A stretch of 64,000 nt of DNA from assembly GCA_030141605.1 (NCBI GenBank), contig JAQGDQ010000281.1, positions 62,001-126,000 of the forward strand, written 5' to 3'. Both the position numbers and the translations under genes were made by a program. Shown here piece by piece: positions 30,778 to 45,900 of this stretch; within the stretch, counting starts at the first letter, position 1, and each line of letters opens with the position of its first letter. The notes under the pieces are model-generated. The model ran no database searches, was not told the DNA's origin, and saw nothing but the letters and a program-made list of their open reading frames with translations. This stretch comes from Tubiluchus corallicola. Its lineage: Eukaryota > Animalia > Priapulida.

Positions 30778-33700
30778 TCACAGATCATCATCTCCTATTC
30801 CTTCAAAAGCATCGTTTTCGACGAGTGACTTTGCTTTGATTGGGCTGGGTTGTGATGCCGACGGTGGTATGGACGGTTTGGCTTGGCGTGTTGAAAATTT
30901 ATCCTATATAAACATAAAAACGATATTCATGTCATTTCCACATTGCCAAAAAATAATTTTATGCACGTATTTTTTTAGATAAACTTGTAGCTCAAAAGTA
31001 ATGGCATACTATAAGCTGTTGCTGACATCAGGCTTGTGGTCCAATTAAATGTAACTTGATATAGCGAAGTATGCTGTGTTTAATTTACATAACACAGATT
31101 TAATTTCGTTTATTTATAGAGAATATGTATAAACTTACCAGAGAGAATTTTTTCACAGAAGCCAAAGCTCGAGGTGACGTTGCGTTAGAATGTTCATTTA
31201 CTCCATTTTGCCCCTTGTGCACTGCATGTGTGCTGCCATCTCTCTTCATATAATTGTAACTATGTCTATTTTCTTTGACTCGATCAGAAGGCTAGAATAA
31301 CAACAATGTACCAGAATACATTTTATGCATATTCAGTTAAATATGACTCAAACACAATTTTCCTGCTATGTTTAACTTTTTTCATGAAAAGACAGAGCAA
31401 TAAGATCAATCTGTAGATTACTGACTAAGACGCATTTTTCCCTATAATTGCCAAAACATTTCATATAGTTATCAGCTTAGAAATTTTGTTTAACATTATG
31501 AGAGACCAGTTAGTGACAACATTACGATAGGGCAGAATCTACCAATGGCAGAGATTTTCTATGTATCTTTACAATTATGATGAATACAACGCTGTGCTAA
31601 AATATGATTTAATGGAGCCTTTGTTTGCATGATTGATTTGCGAATTATTGATAATTGTACTGGACAGGTATTGAACAGTAATATGCTTCTGAAATAGATG
31701 CTTACTACCCATCTAAGTGGGTATACAGCTATAAATGTGCAGCATTGAAAAGCTAAGAAAACTGGACTTTGAGAATAATAATAATAATTCATAAAAACAT
31801 CAAACAACATTTGCATTTCAGTTATATCAGAATGTAGGCCATTTGGAGCTATGGTATAAAGCTGGATATTGTTTTCCTTTAAATAAAACTCTTCTGCACA
31901 GAAACAAAATCAGGCATAACAACATAAAAAGATATATGCGATTAAAATAACCATAACAAAGAAGCAGCCCCAACAATTAAAATTGTTTTTCTAATTTCAA
32001 TATTGTAATGTAGACGAAACATTCACTCATCTAGATTACCAGGTAGTTTGTTTTAAATGCAATCATTAATTTTTTACATATTTTTACCTTAGCAATTTTG
32101 GTCCCTTGTTTTTTCATAATAAGCTCGTCAACCATACCTTGCAGGCACATGCTCAGTAAAATGGACTGCAAATAGAAATGAAATAATGGAAAACGTTTTA
32201 TAATGCATAATTTTTTTTAGATCATACGTCAGTTGGCGACTCCATCAGTTAGACAGTCAATGGGATGGTCGGTCAATTGATGCTGAATAACAATTCAGCG
32301 AACTTTGAAGAAAATTTTTAACATGCTGTCCACTAGCAGAATTACTAAATTCAAAGCGTTTAAACACGATAATCTAAATTTTATCAAATAACAATGCATG
32401 TTATAAATAAAAACTGCCAAAAAATGGGTTGTTCGACTTCCACCACTGAAACTAAAACACACCACTTTCAACGGAATTCAAGCTTTAATCTGTTTCATAG
32501 TTTTTTCTACTCAAATTTATCTGATGATAAAATGGTCAACAAAATAATATGATGAACAAAAAAGGTACTACAAAGAGACTAAGAATAAAGTAGGAAGGTC
32601 CTTTGTGATAAACAGTGACCAAATATCAAGCAGCACGCACAGTTTCCTTTTAAGTATCACATCCAAAACTTGATGTAATTGTAAGTTTGTATTGACCGAC
32701 TGAAATCTCATAGCTGAACCACATGGATTAGATGCATTTAACATCAATACAGATGTAATATTTGTATGTTTGAAGTCCTGTATTATCTAGTATTGTCAAG
32801 AATTTGCATAGTTTTTTGCAAAATAAATATCAGTGGATTTGATGTTTGCTGTTCTGGAGCAAATGTAATTGTTTCATTTTGTTAAAAATAATACGACTTT
32901 TCATCATCAAAGGACCATGTAAACTTCGAAAACAGAAGCCAGTCTCTGTATTCATATTTATAATAATGAAAAAAAAATCATACTATAAGAAAAACAACTT
33001 TCTTCTGCCAACAAACAAAGCAATACTCAATGTAAATAAATATGCTGCACCTGATTTGTTACCACTGTAACCCATTGGAGGTTATCTTTACTCATTAGAT
33101 ACTCAAAAGAAAACTCCAAGTGTGGCTCAGATTCACCAGCTTCTTTATTTAATGCTGTCGTGATCCGCCAACATCTCATCCTAGTCACTCGAAAAATAGC
33201 TTCCTTAATTTGATCCTGAAATATACAAATGTACAACTAAAGAAGATCCATAAAAGCATTCTTTTAAAGTAAACAAAAAAATTAAACTAAATTCTACTAG
33301 AATAGTATGGACATATCATAACATACCCACCTACATTTACCTAAACACGTCATAAGTGTTTCGTTTATGAAGGTATGCTTGGGGTGTGAAAATGTTTTAA
33401 GAACGGAAAAGTTAACAAATTAAATAGTAAAATGAAGACACATTACTAGCATCTTAATTAAATTTATAGTTATTTTATAGTTCATCTGTTTTAAGAAGTA
33501 TGCCTCTTGTAAATGGAACATTGCTATAATGATGGACTGGCAAACTCTGGGTGTTTGTAATCGGCCTAGTAAGCATTCTTCTATGGACAAACGTCTTGTA
33601 AATCAACCCGTTTTTATCACAGACATACTTATATTCCTCTACATAAATAGTTGAAAAACCAAACTTGGATCCTGTTTGAAGAACAAGCGCTATGTAAATC

Positions 33701-36700
33701 CACGTAAGATTCGAAGATGCATTTACGTTGGTGTGTACATTAACGTATAAACTGATTTGTAATAGTATCTGTGAACATACACATAGTGATCATATGTCTC
33801 TTGTACCAGATCGATTAGTCAGTATTAAACCAATTATCGCAAGCAAAAAGCTATAACAGGTAATGAATAACAAGAAGTGTTTTTACAATATTTACTAAAA
33901 ATAAACAATAATAACAGCATTTACAAAAATAAATACAATTCGCTGATGGAAAATTCACCATAAAAAGCCTCAATGCGTTTAACTTTAATTACGTATTAAT
34001 AATTACTCACCCTGTCAATGTGAATTTTAAAACACAGTTCTTTATTCCCAGCACTGATGATTACTCGAGTATTTGCTTCAGGGTAGTCTGCCACACAAGG
34101 TTTAAACTGTATGTACCCATAATACTTGAGTGTTCTTGCAAACATCAAATACTATAAATAAACTGGTATTTTAACACAATGATTTACAATCACTATGTTA
34201 CAGCTAAAAGCACATAAATATAGGTCATTATTAATCTATGGCTAGAAGGCCAGGTAAAAAAATAATGAGTTTTAATGTCATTGTTTTAGTAATGGGCCAA
34301 AGTAATTTTACATAAAAATTCAGAATATACAGTATCGGTATTTAATAGATGAGAATGAGTAACCCAATGGTGAAAAAATTAGAACAACCAGCGGTTCAGT
34401 GTTCAATTCTTAGATGAATCAGATTTTTGTCGTCAGCTTGGTCACGATAATTGTAATGGACTGTAATAACATTAGATTAGATTAATGGGACAATAAAGAG
34501 CTCATAATTCGTAATTACTAATAACAACAGCTCCTAAAAAATCTATTTTAAATGTAAAATCAAGCAGATAGTGTCACCAACTGATAAACAGATGTTTTGA
34601 TAATCAACAAACTATTTTAGAGCAAACAATCATGGTTGTGGTAACACTTTAGATAAAAAAATCAATAAATTGCAAATGAAGTAGTTTCACTGTCAATAAT
34701 GAAATAAATTATAGTATCACATAAATAAAAGATGAAGCAGATGACGCTACTGCAATAACGCCCCAAAAGCTTCAATCTTTACATAGTTTCTACAAATAAA
34801 TAAATAGTTTGTAAAATAAATGTAAAGAATTAAATGAAAAAACCTCTTTCTTGGAGCCTTTTGATTGAAGCGTAGCAAGCTGTTTGCATGTCTCTTTATT
34901 TGCAACAGTCCACCCTCTCTCAACATCAGAAATGGCCTAAAGTAAAAACAATGTTTTTAGACAAAACGGCTCTCTGGAAGCCAGGATGCCAAGCTGCAAA
35001 GTGTACTCATATCCTTGAAGAAAATTATTCATAGAATTTGTTCACTTCGAGCTCAAAACCGAGCAAGGAGGCGTGGCTTACTGCCGATATGGGTAATGTA
35101 TATCTTTTGCACCCAACAAATCATAAATAACATTTCAACAAATTGCAGCATAAAATTTTTCTACTGATATTGCAAATTGAGATCCCCAAGTGTATGACTT
35201 AATTAAATGAATAGCAGAACTAAACACCAGTAAAAAAAATTAAAAAAACTTAAGATGCTAATTCCACAAACGTACCTGCACATAAAGCAAGTTCATTGCA
35301 ACTCTATCATCTATCAGGTGGTCATCTAATGAAGGGTCCCAATAACTGGAAAATATTCACTTGAATAAATACTGCGTGTAGAAACTTCTGACAGTTGGTT
35401 AAGTATGTGTTGTAAATTTACCGGTGTTTGAAATAAATTTTGCTAATTGATTACTACAGAATTGGAATAAAGGCAGTTCATAAGCAGCTTGCTGTAAGAC
35501 TTTGGATTTGGTTAAACGTCTTCATGAGTTTAACTTATAAGCAGCTCCCTTAAATGGCAATATAGAGCAGATTTCACAGCAAAAGTGTCAGTTACATGCA
35601 ACATGGAATTTTTAATTAGCTTGGTAAGATTTTTCAGATAAATTTTTACGTTCCTTATAATCAAGTGTCATTAGCATGCAAATCCAAGTCAACAAAAAGT
35701 ACAACTGGAGTTTTTAATCTATGCCTCTGGTTAGTCCAGCACTCAAAGAGCTAGTATCATTACAGCTGAATATACATTTCAAAATTGCATGTTTGTTCAC
35801 TTGAAAGTACTAAATTTGCACATAGAATGACTTACCTTTTCCGAACAACGACTCTATGGTTTGCACCAGCCATTCTCAGTGATATGTAAGGTGATTCAAA
35901 TTCCTGTATTTTCCTAATAACTATAAAATAATAAAACTTCTTTTAATTTTTATTTTTTCAAATTTCAATTCACAAAAACACAAGTAGAGCTAGCAATATA
36001 GCCATGTGCCAACTTCACAAATAAGACTAACTTACTAAATAACTTTTTTAAAGATTATATTTTTCTCATTTCTGTCTTTTGCTTGCCTTGGAAACATTTA
36101 GAGCTGCTGGTTGTTCACTTGGATCCGTTGGTTGTAGCATCTATGTTTTTTTTTGTTTGTTATGCAAGTGTGCATAAGGCTTATTGCATTTTGATTTTTG
36201 TATTAATTCACTAATGTGAACTGCATTATTTGCAACTGATACACTGAATATATATGAATAAATGGCAAATAAATAGCAGCTTGACCACAGTGACATCTAC
36301 GTAACTAACAGAAATTTGCAAAAGTTCTTTGATATAAAAAACAAGTTACATCTTATAAATGATATTTTATTTTTAATCATAAGGAAAGCATTACTCTTTG
36401 AGTGACAAAGTTACTCACTTGTAACCTCTCCATCATCTTCGCTCTTGATCAGATAGAGAGCAAAATAATAAACATAGTCTTCATTCAATTCAATTTTCTG
36501 TGCAACAGTCTGAAAAAAAATTGATGTTAAGAATTCTAATAAAATTTTACAAATTTGTTCCGTTAATACCTGTACATTATTCCAGAAAAAATTTAATGCT
36601 GCACTGGAGAATTTATCAGCTGATATTCCACGAATTTGAAACCAGTGTTGTCCATTTTTGCCACTAAAGACAAATTGCATTATATTGCGGAGTTAGGATT

Positions 36701-39700
36701 TTGTAATTTCACCGAAGATGAAACTCGCAATTTAGACCCCTGTAATTCTCTTCCCACATTTGTTCCTTGTATTGTTTCAATATAAGACCTTATGTCTAAT
36801 AATAATTTTCAAAGGGTCAATAAATTTAATAAATCAGATAATAACACTGATAGACAAAGTTAGCTTCTCTATTTTTCATAATCTCTGGAAACTATAAAAC
36901 TAGTGACAAATGGTCGTAAACAGACATGCATCTGTAAAAATTTCTCCTTCCATACACACCTGCCAACTCTCAACAATTAGGCACGTGCGTAATTTTAAGT
37001 CTTTTACATGCGCACACGCATCAAATTTCAGTTCTCACGCATTCTACAACTTTGCAAGTTTGCGAATCACCTGGTTTGGCTGGCTTCCTTTGCCATAGTA
37101 ACAAGCACAATATAATTAGAAGTACTATACTCAGTAACACAGAAGCATTCATGAGTCTCATGATATATATTGCATTAAAGGGTATTACATTAAATTTTGT
37201 TGAAAATTAAGCACATCTGGGTGCTATTGAACTTTTTGCATGTGCACAAAAGCACACATTTATATATAAAGTATGGGGAAATCTAATAACAGCACGAGAA
37301 ATTAAAATTAAAATGTACTTTAAAATTACCTTAATTTTTTTATTTTTTTGCCTCAGTTTTTTGATAATTTGGTTTTAATACCCAGAATTTTTTGGAGCAT
37401 AATTTGACCCCCGCCCGGGCTTTGTGTTTGACACTCATTTCTACTTCAAATGGTTGGCCACCAGCTCTGGCGCAGGTGGCACGTTGAGCTGAATTAAGGC
37501 AGCTTAAACAAGCCTTAAATCAACGCAGCTAAGATGCACACACAGGTTGCCCGGGCAGTCTCAGGTTTTGACATAATTTTATACAAAATCAGATAATGTT
37601 TTTGCATGTTGTAAAGTACAGTCTGTAATGCCATCTCATACTCACTTCATATATTCTCATACAACATTTAGGATTGTGTTTGCACATCATTCCTCTGTGT
37701 TCAGTGTTCAGCACTGTATTAAATTTGATCTACATGAGTGCACAGTCCCTGTTACACTCATTTAAACAATCAAAACAAAAACCAATAATGCTGACAATTT
37801 CAGCTTTAGGTTTTAATTTCTTCCCCCGTTATACTAACAAAAAGCATATCAATGCAATAAAAGACTCTTTATGCTGGCACTTTTGATGTTGCTATAATAA
37901 TATGCGTAATCTTTGTGTTGCTTTTATACTAATCTCTGAATACAAGCCAATTTATGTGACTGACTAATAAATTCCAAATACTTCTCTGACATCTATGACA
38001 GATAAACTTCAGTGTAATTTTTCGTACTTCTAACACGTCATCGGTCTTGTCAGTGGATATGATGTTTATGCTAATTTTATGTCCATTCATCAGATAAATA
38101 TCTAATGTTACATCTGCCGGATCTTCTTCCTGAGTCTCCTAAAAAACAAACATGAATGATTCAATTCTCCTTTTTAAAGGTTTAACTAGAAAGAAAACTT
38201 AAAGTGGGACAGAGTTTTACTTAGATGTACTGTTCAAACCAATTTTGTGATATCAGTGCAATGGCAACTTTAGCCTTACAATTACCGGTTAAATCAACAA
38301 AAAACAGTAAATATATCACACGACAGAGTCAGGCGACTCATGCAATATATCACCCGACTCTACTGCACTATTGCAAAGCCTACAAAACATTTCAAATAAA
38401 CAGTAGATTCTAAAGATATGATTAAAATCTTGACATGTGACGTGAGCAAAAAATTAGTATACTAAGTTGTCCAAGCAAGTGAATGCAAATGCCAGAAAGC
38501 ATAAAAGCTGTATCTCTCTGAAGGCAATAAGTACCGACTGTAATGTATTTGACTAGTATGGAGCATTACCTGTTGCGCAGCAAGAAAGAAGCCATTGAAT
38601 TCTTCACTGCTAGCAATCTTCGGATGCTGACTAACTAAAAGGCAAAACCACAGTGAGAGTGAGCAAAGCATCAGTTGTTCATCATCTTAGTAATATAGTT
38701 TATAATTAATTATACAGTGTTATAACCGTAAAAATGTGCAGTGTATCAAAATTGTAATTCATTAACAAGTAATCGCTCTTCTTTAGCATCTGTTGATGTT
38801 TCATTTGGCGATCGTTCTCATTTTTATTTAAAAAAATTCTGAAAACATATTAACAAATGTAGGTTATTTGTATTCAACAAGGAAGATGCTTGTTTAACGT
38901 TTCACTTTGACATGTTATTGAAAAATAAATCTTGAAGTTCTTTTACTCACTTAGTTGAATAAATCTCTCCAGTAAAATCCTCCTCTCATCTCTTTGAGAC
39001 TCTGACAAAGGCAAGAGCTTCTTCGGAGGGAAATGTGGTAACGAATCAATGCCATGCACTTTCTTTAGCTAAGTGAAGTTCGTTAATTAGAAAATACACA
39101 TTTTGTGCCCACAACGTAAATTAAAAATTCTTAAAAATCCTACCATGCATGTGTGGTCAACTTCTGTGCAATCATTCTACAAAATTTTGCTCTGTGGTTT
39201 GCTTAATTAAAATTATCACAGACATCTTGTCAAATGAAGTGAAAGAGTTTTAGAACAAGTATGAACAGTACGAATTTGCACAAAAAAAAAATTCAAAATT
39301 TACGTAATGCACAACTAGTTGTCAGAAAGTATCTTCCCTTGTAATTAATTTTTTGTTTCTCATTGTTTTAGTAGACAGGGATGTTAATATCTCATGCACA
39401 TTACTTCATTATTTGTTCCATTATCTGTGAGATATGCTGTCCATACATTAGTAACTGATTAATAACCGATCTGTTATTGTAATTATTTCAAGAAAAAACT
39501 CTTATATTACCTGCTCATAGAAGTTGTGCAGTTGTTTGTATCTGACTGTGCAATGAAACACTCCATTGATGTGGATGTTGTATGCCTGAAAACAATAACA
39601 AATTTAATCTGGTTAGGCATTGACAAACTATCAGCTTCCACTCTCTTAGCCCTTTCAATCCCATTATTATAACATCCAAAATCCCAGCAGTTTTTGTATG

Positions 39701-42523
39701 TTTACAAACTAGAAGATATGTAGCAACATTATATTTTATTTGATTATGGCCGTGAGACTATGTTAAATGAGGTATGTGGTCATCATCATATAGGCCTAGT
39801 ATGCCAATGGCTTGTTGTGGTCTTATCGAGCCATTTTTTACCATTCTTGTATAAATAGCAAAATTTATGTTTTTAATTAAAGATTAAAATTTACACGTAA
39901 TCTAAAAAAATTAAAACGTATAATCGTTTCTTCTAACTGCATAAAATTAACACGATTTAGCACAAAGACACATTTACATGATGCTGGCTTCGTCTGCTGC
40001 TCTATCATCCCCCCCCCCACACACACAAGTCGTCCATGTGCAATCAACAGGCGAATCATACAAGCTGTTATAATGTGCTGCCAGTTTCTAGCTAGCAGCT
40101 AGAGACTTCAGAGTGATCATAAGCACTGCATATAAGTGAATGACATAGTGCCAGTTTTATCTGGCGCACATGAGATTGTGCTATAGTGTTAGCTACCAGA
40201 TATGTAGCTCTTAGTAATATGGGGCTAAATAATTTTTAAACTGTTTTCCAAAGTGCTCCATTTCAGTTGCTGAAGCAGTGATTTCATAATACCAACCTCT
40301 CGACTATACTCAGTTTTAACAAAAGTTGAATCGTCTCCAAGCTGGTTATATTACACGATTGGGTATAACAGCACAGCAAGCATATTCCAGCCGAGGTGTA
40401 ACTATGGTGTAATAAGTATTCTGCTGTACTTCCTTAAACCAACTAGAATGTGTTCTACAAAGTAAGTCCAACGTGCTATTACTGATATATTATACACTAT
40501 CGCAGCAGTCGTTCCAGTTGAGATTTTGATCTGTTGTAACCCCAAGATATTTATGTGAGCTAGAGTTTGATAGTATGTTAGTGGCATATCTGTAATTGTA
40601 CACTGGAAGAAGCGAGTGTGGTTGAGTTTTATTTGTAATAATTAGAATGCAATACCTAGTAGGGCTGAATTGCATAAATCAATCTGGAGACCACTGGTGA
40701 AGTTTCTCTAAATCACCTTGCAACTGAGTATGGTCTTCTCAAAATACCTCCCTATAAATAATGCTTTTGCAAAAAGTCTAAGTTGGGATGATATGTTTGT
40801 ATTAATGTTGGTGCTTGCCCCAGGAAAGAGCCTTGTAGCAGTCCTGGTTATACTGGAGACCAAGAAGACTGAGATCTATTGACAGGTTCTGCTTGATTTC
40901 AACCAACTTTTATTAATGGTTAGTAAAGTATTTTAAAAGCAGCTCAATTCTTTTAAAAGCTGTTCAAACTATCTTGCAAAATCAATAAAAGCAGTATTTA
41001 TGCAAAATTGCATTAGTATAATTGTTTACTAGATCGTGTTCGCATTGATTTATTTCCTCGTGTATAAGCAAATACCGTATTGCCATGCTATTGCGCATTG
41101 ACACCAATGATGCACCACATTGTTCGGGTCATCATACAGAAACAAGAAACAAAATGTCAGCTGTTGTTCTGTGTTTACTATCAGCTTTTTTCAGATAAAT
41201 TTTCACAAGAATTATAGGAAAATATTCAGATTGTTTAATATCGTTTTCACAGAATGTGACAATTCTTAAAAAAGTAACTTCGGTATATGGTGTATAAAGT
41301 TCACCAAACATTTTGCTGATTACCAGATTAAGTCTAGCAGACTCGATTTTTATACTGTTATTTTGCAAAAAAACTCGGTGAGCCAAATATTCATCCCTAC
41401 TTATGTTATTGTATCTTTGACTTACTGTTTTGTTTATTACCCCACACATTTATAATACTGTAACAGTGAGTTGCTAAACTACTACTACTACTGGCTACAT
41501 TAGCTTTTCATAAAGGCTATCTCATTTTTGTTCTTGATAGCCTGCATCAGGGTTCCCACAGAATTTTAAAATAAATTTCCCTGACTTTTTCCTGACCAAA
41601 TATTGATTTTCCATGACAGAGATAAGCAGAAATTGCATTACCAGTATGTATATTCAAACATTTTTGTGTATCGACTTCATACATATACTGATATATAATG
41701 TGTCAGCACAGTTGCAGTAGTACTAACGAAATTAAACTAATCACATTAAATAAACTTTCTTAATCCAATCATTATTTTTGGAACAGAAATCGAAACTGGA
41801 AGCCCTGAAATTTTAATTGAACACGAAGCACTGAAAAATATCAGTTCATGGTGAATATTTTTGGAACTCTTTCTAATTTCTCTGACTTTTCGCCCCATCT
41901 TCACATTTTTCTTGACTTTTTATCAAATTATCTTTTTCCCGACTTTTCCATGAGTTTCCAGGATAGCCTGTATTTTCAAGGATTTTTCCTGACTGTGGGA
42001 ACCCTGCTGCATGATCTGCGATAGGTTTCTCCTGGACTTCGTCATCCTAGCACGCTTGCTTACATTTTGTAGCATACCATCTTTAAGCAGATTCCAATAA
42101 CCTTTAACCAAATTCAAAAGTTTTCGGATGGCTTTCAAGGAAATTAGGAGTAAGAAGTTCCATGTCACATATAAGCTGGACAGTGTATGCCCTATCAAAC
42201 ATATAGACCTCATGAGGTATGGTTTCCTTTGATATTCTGGTTATGCATCTGTTCACAAGAATTACAACGTGATCTGTTACTGTTAGTAGTCTCATTGCTG
42301 GTTTTATTTCCATCTTTGAAATTAGTGAAGCATTAGTTGTTGAAAGTCTAGTGTTCTGCTCTGGTGCGCCAATCGGGAACCCTGAACACTATCACAAATA
42401 CCTGTGAATAGCTAGAACGGAAAGATAAATTAGTAAACCTAGACAATCACTGTTCCCACTTACGCAGTACTTTGAGCCACTGGTATCTGTCAATTCCTGT
42501 GTGTCTGGAATAGAAAAATGCAT
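30778..42523 (-). CDS. SNX17: Sorting nexin-17 (PX + FERM-like), 14 exons, ~476 aa
   Basis: Exons 42523-42464, 39585-39511, 39068-38951, 38634-38570, 38138-38028, 36509-36419, 35920-35836, 35345-35276, 34936-34844, 34151-34011, 33215-33051, 32165-32088, 31291-31139, 30903-30778. Motifs MHFSIPDT, AYNIHINGVFHC, FPPKKL, EFESPYISL, FRVTRMRCWR, FEYLMSKD, C-terminal FEGIGDDDL. Confidence 0.96.
40250..41010 (-). mobile_element. Decayed CR1/L2-group LINE reverse transcriptase fragment
   Basis: Minus-strand remnants AFIDFA..F, LRLFA(DD)..IYR, LQGDLEKLHQWS..(W)FMQF, HKYLGVT.DQNLNW; many stops and frameshifts. Confidence 0.75.
41548..42006. mobile_element. hAT-like MITE with 14-bp perfect TIRs and 6-bp TSD
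   Basis: ctgcat|CAGGGTTCCCACAG ... CTGTGGGAACCCTG|ctgcat; TTTTCC(C)TGAC subterminal repeats at both ends. Confidence 0.9.
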
Positions 42524-42906
42524 TGTTTGTGGATGATGCGAGTAAATATCAAATATTTTTGACTTGTTCACACAAAAGTGCGAAAGAAAAACAGAATCTT
42601 TCCTAAATATGCACCCATTTTACGATTAGTGTGACATCTACAGCTTGTTTATGAAAATCAATATCACGTGATCATGGGAAACACGTGCGTGCCTGTTGTA
42701 GCGTAGTGCTAGTGGTATGATTATGATTAATCTAGTATGGGTATTAAATTTTGTGAGGTAGTTATTCTGTGGCTGAGTGTGGTAGTTATTTAAATGCAAA
42801 AAAGATTTTTATTTTATAATGTGTTTTGTTGCTTTATTTTATCAAGGTACTGTAATTAAACAGAAGGAAATTTTCAGCATATTGGAATCAGAACTTGAAG
42901 TTTGGC
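42524..42906. promoter_or_regulatory. Bidirectional promoter region SNX17/APRT with two E-boxes
   Basis: ATGs at 42523 (-) and 42907 (+) are 383 bp apart; palindromic ATCACGTGAT at 42663-42672 and CACGTG at 42682-42687. Confidence 0.7.
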
Positions 42907-45900
42907 ATGGCGTCTGGTGCGAAGTCAGACAAACTACAGCGAGTGAAGGACACAATGCAGACTTTTCCTGATTTTCCAAAACCTGGAATCAACTTCAAGT
43001 ACGTTTTTCTTTTGTACTTGACTCACATTTCCTCTTTGTCTTATATATTACTGCATTGAGAACAGAAATATTGTAATATTTTTATGTATGCAGAAGAGGG
43101 TGATCAAGTCTTCACTTAATAATATTTCACGTATTCATGCACATGGCTTTCTGCATCTCAATAAATCATCGCATAGCTTTATATATCTTTAACATACGTA
43201 AATTTTTGCAGCTTCATACATCTTTATACTGTCAAATATTATCTTCACGTTTTACAAATCTCCACTGTAGTTTCATACATTTGCACTCATCATGCTTGCA
43301 ATGTTTTGGAGATCTTTGCACGGGATTTTTATTTATACCATTTTAAGTGGTTTTGGTATGGCTAGATTGATCTTCACATGGTTTCTTCCAGGGGCCTACT
43401 GAAACATACTGTGCTGGACAGGTGGTGCTGGTTCTAGGGTAAGCTGGACTTTGGCATCCCTCAAATATAGGAAAATTTGGGTGCGTTGATATAATAGGCA
43501 TATTGCACTACTGTTTGTGCAGTGGTGTAGCAGAGGATTTGACTGCCCTGTGTGGGACCAAATTGGCCGCCCCTTCTTTAAACATAACACAGCTTTGACC
43601 GCTACACGTCACTGGTGCACTACGAACACATAACACATAGCTTGACGAATACACTTTTTTTTAAGGCAGTGGCTGGAGGTGCAGATCTGTACTTAACTCA
43701 TCTTCTCCGAAACGAGTATGGATATGTATTTACAGCCATTTCCAGAACAAATACAGATCCGTACTTTTTGTGACATTTACAAAACCTACAGATCTTATTC
43801 ATTTTTATGACATACAGTGTTTAGACCATATGATCTTCGAGGTAACCTTTGTTCAAAAATAGTGTTCATGCATTTTAAATGAACTAGAGAAACAAAATGA
43901 TGGAGAGCGCTGTCTCCAGTTGATTGATAAGTTTTTGATTGGTTCTAAATTTGGGCATTTTCATCACCTCAGGGGCACCACTACAATAGCAAATGACTGA
44001 GTTAACAGTTCTTAGGTGAATCGAAGTTGATGTTGATATGGCATTCTATACAGTCCCCTTAAAAATATGTACAGTTTATAAAAGGTTGCAAGATTCTTGC
44101 TTTTCCTTGTCCATACATAGTGCAAGAAGATTAGCACTTTAACTAAACTACGTTTTCACTCCCTTCAATGATGGTGCACTACGTAGTAGTAGTAGTCATG
44201 TACGTATTCTCCCTGTCTTTCATCATTTCTTCCAGTCTTACTTTGTAAATGGTATAATAACCATGTAATTATTACATTTGCATTAATATTTACAATAGAA
44301 GTAATTTTATGAGCCGAATATTGGAACAAGTACTATAATTATTTATAATAATGTAATGAAATCCTAAACCTCCTACCAGTTTCCAAACGTTATGGTCCAG
44401 ACAATTTTTTTCCAGCTATACTGCACTGCCTCGCACAGCAAAGGGCATTCTAATTTCAGGAAAGGGGTGGATAGCTTCTAAAAAGTGCTTTGCAATGTGT
44501 TATGGGATATAGCAATGCAAATTTCAAATATTTTCATTATGGTAGCAGTCATTAACTCAGTTTTAAAAATCCATAACTGTTATTATTTGCCCGCATTGGC
44601 CTTGCATTTAAGAAATCTGCAGCGTCTTAAAGTGTTGTATGTTGCGTGGATCTGTACCTTTAGCTGCTGCCTTTTTTAAACATTACCCTATATGTATCCA
44701 CTTTGCATAATTTGCGATCTCTTTGACCGCCGGATGGCTCATCATGTTTCTGTTACTTATATGTCATGGCGTCTTACAGTTGGGGCTGTCGGTAGAAATA
44801 TTCTAATTTTATTTATTATCAACTGTTTGGCATGCATCCTACGCTAAGTCACTGTGTTTGTGGTATATTAATAAGTGTTATATATATAAATTAGCTTTAT
44901 ATAAATATGCACAGCACAAGTGATTATGGTACTGTTACTTCAGTGCATACCTGTTTGTTACACAGTAGGCGTTGCTTAATAGACTCACAGTTAATAGACT
45001 CAATCGCTTAATTGACTCAAAAACACCTGGTACGGGTTTTCAAAGGTAGGTAAAATTCAAACGTACATAAAAACTGTCAGTAATTGACTCAAATAACTCC
45101 ACATGATTGACTCATTATTTTTGTTTCACCTGTTTTTAAGGTGTTGTAAGACACTTTCATGTGACTAATAAGCTTTTATGACTTTTATATCATCTTAGTT
45201 TGCTTTTGTCGTATAATATACATAGAAACAATCATGTTAAGTACCGTTTTGTTTGTAAGCAGAAACGTTTATCATACGCTAATATGTTAGCCTAATTTTT
45301 TGCTTTGACCCGCCCATCCACTGCAATTACCCCTGTTGCCCAAGAATTTCTGAAAGCTAAGAGATGCAAGAACAAGTACAGTAAATATGTCACAATAGCA
45401 AGCGGGAACTTAGGCGAAACTACACAGATAGTTTAACTCAACTTCTTTCCCTTTCTCATAATTTGAGAACTTCCACGTTCTCAACATTTGAAATGTTTAG
45501 ATTTTTCATTGAGATTTTCTTTGAAGCAACAAATAAATTCTGTGTAAAATGGCAGATTTGAATCACAGAATCGCACGAAAGCTAAAAAATGAAGTCTTAC
45601 TGGTAAGTCGTCTTTGGTCAGAGATTTCAAAGACATTTGCTTTTTTCTAGGGATCTATTTCCAGTGTTGAGAACTCCAGATGTATTTGCTGATCTCATAG
45701 AGGTACTTGTGGATCATGTCAAACAGCTAGGCAATGTGGATGTTATAGTTGGCTTAGAGTCTAGGGGATTTCTTTTTGCTCCAATTATTGGTAATTTTCC
45801 ATTTTTGAATGTTGGACTATTTGTTTCACTGCTAAAAATTACTACACCTGGTACCTTCAAATTACAAGTTTGTTTCCGCTCGTAATTTTTATAAATTATT

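Noticed and set aside
34838-34844. Non-canonical intron at weak donors (SNX17 AG|GTTTTT; dehydrogenase TG|GTTTGC at 6706)
   Set aside because: Both are still GT-AG with correct phase and no U12 signature; ordinary weak U2 donors.
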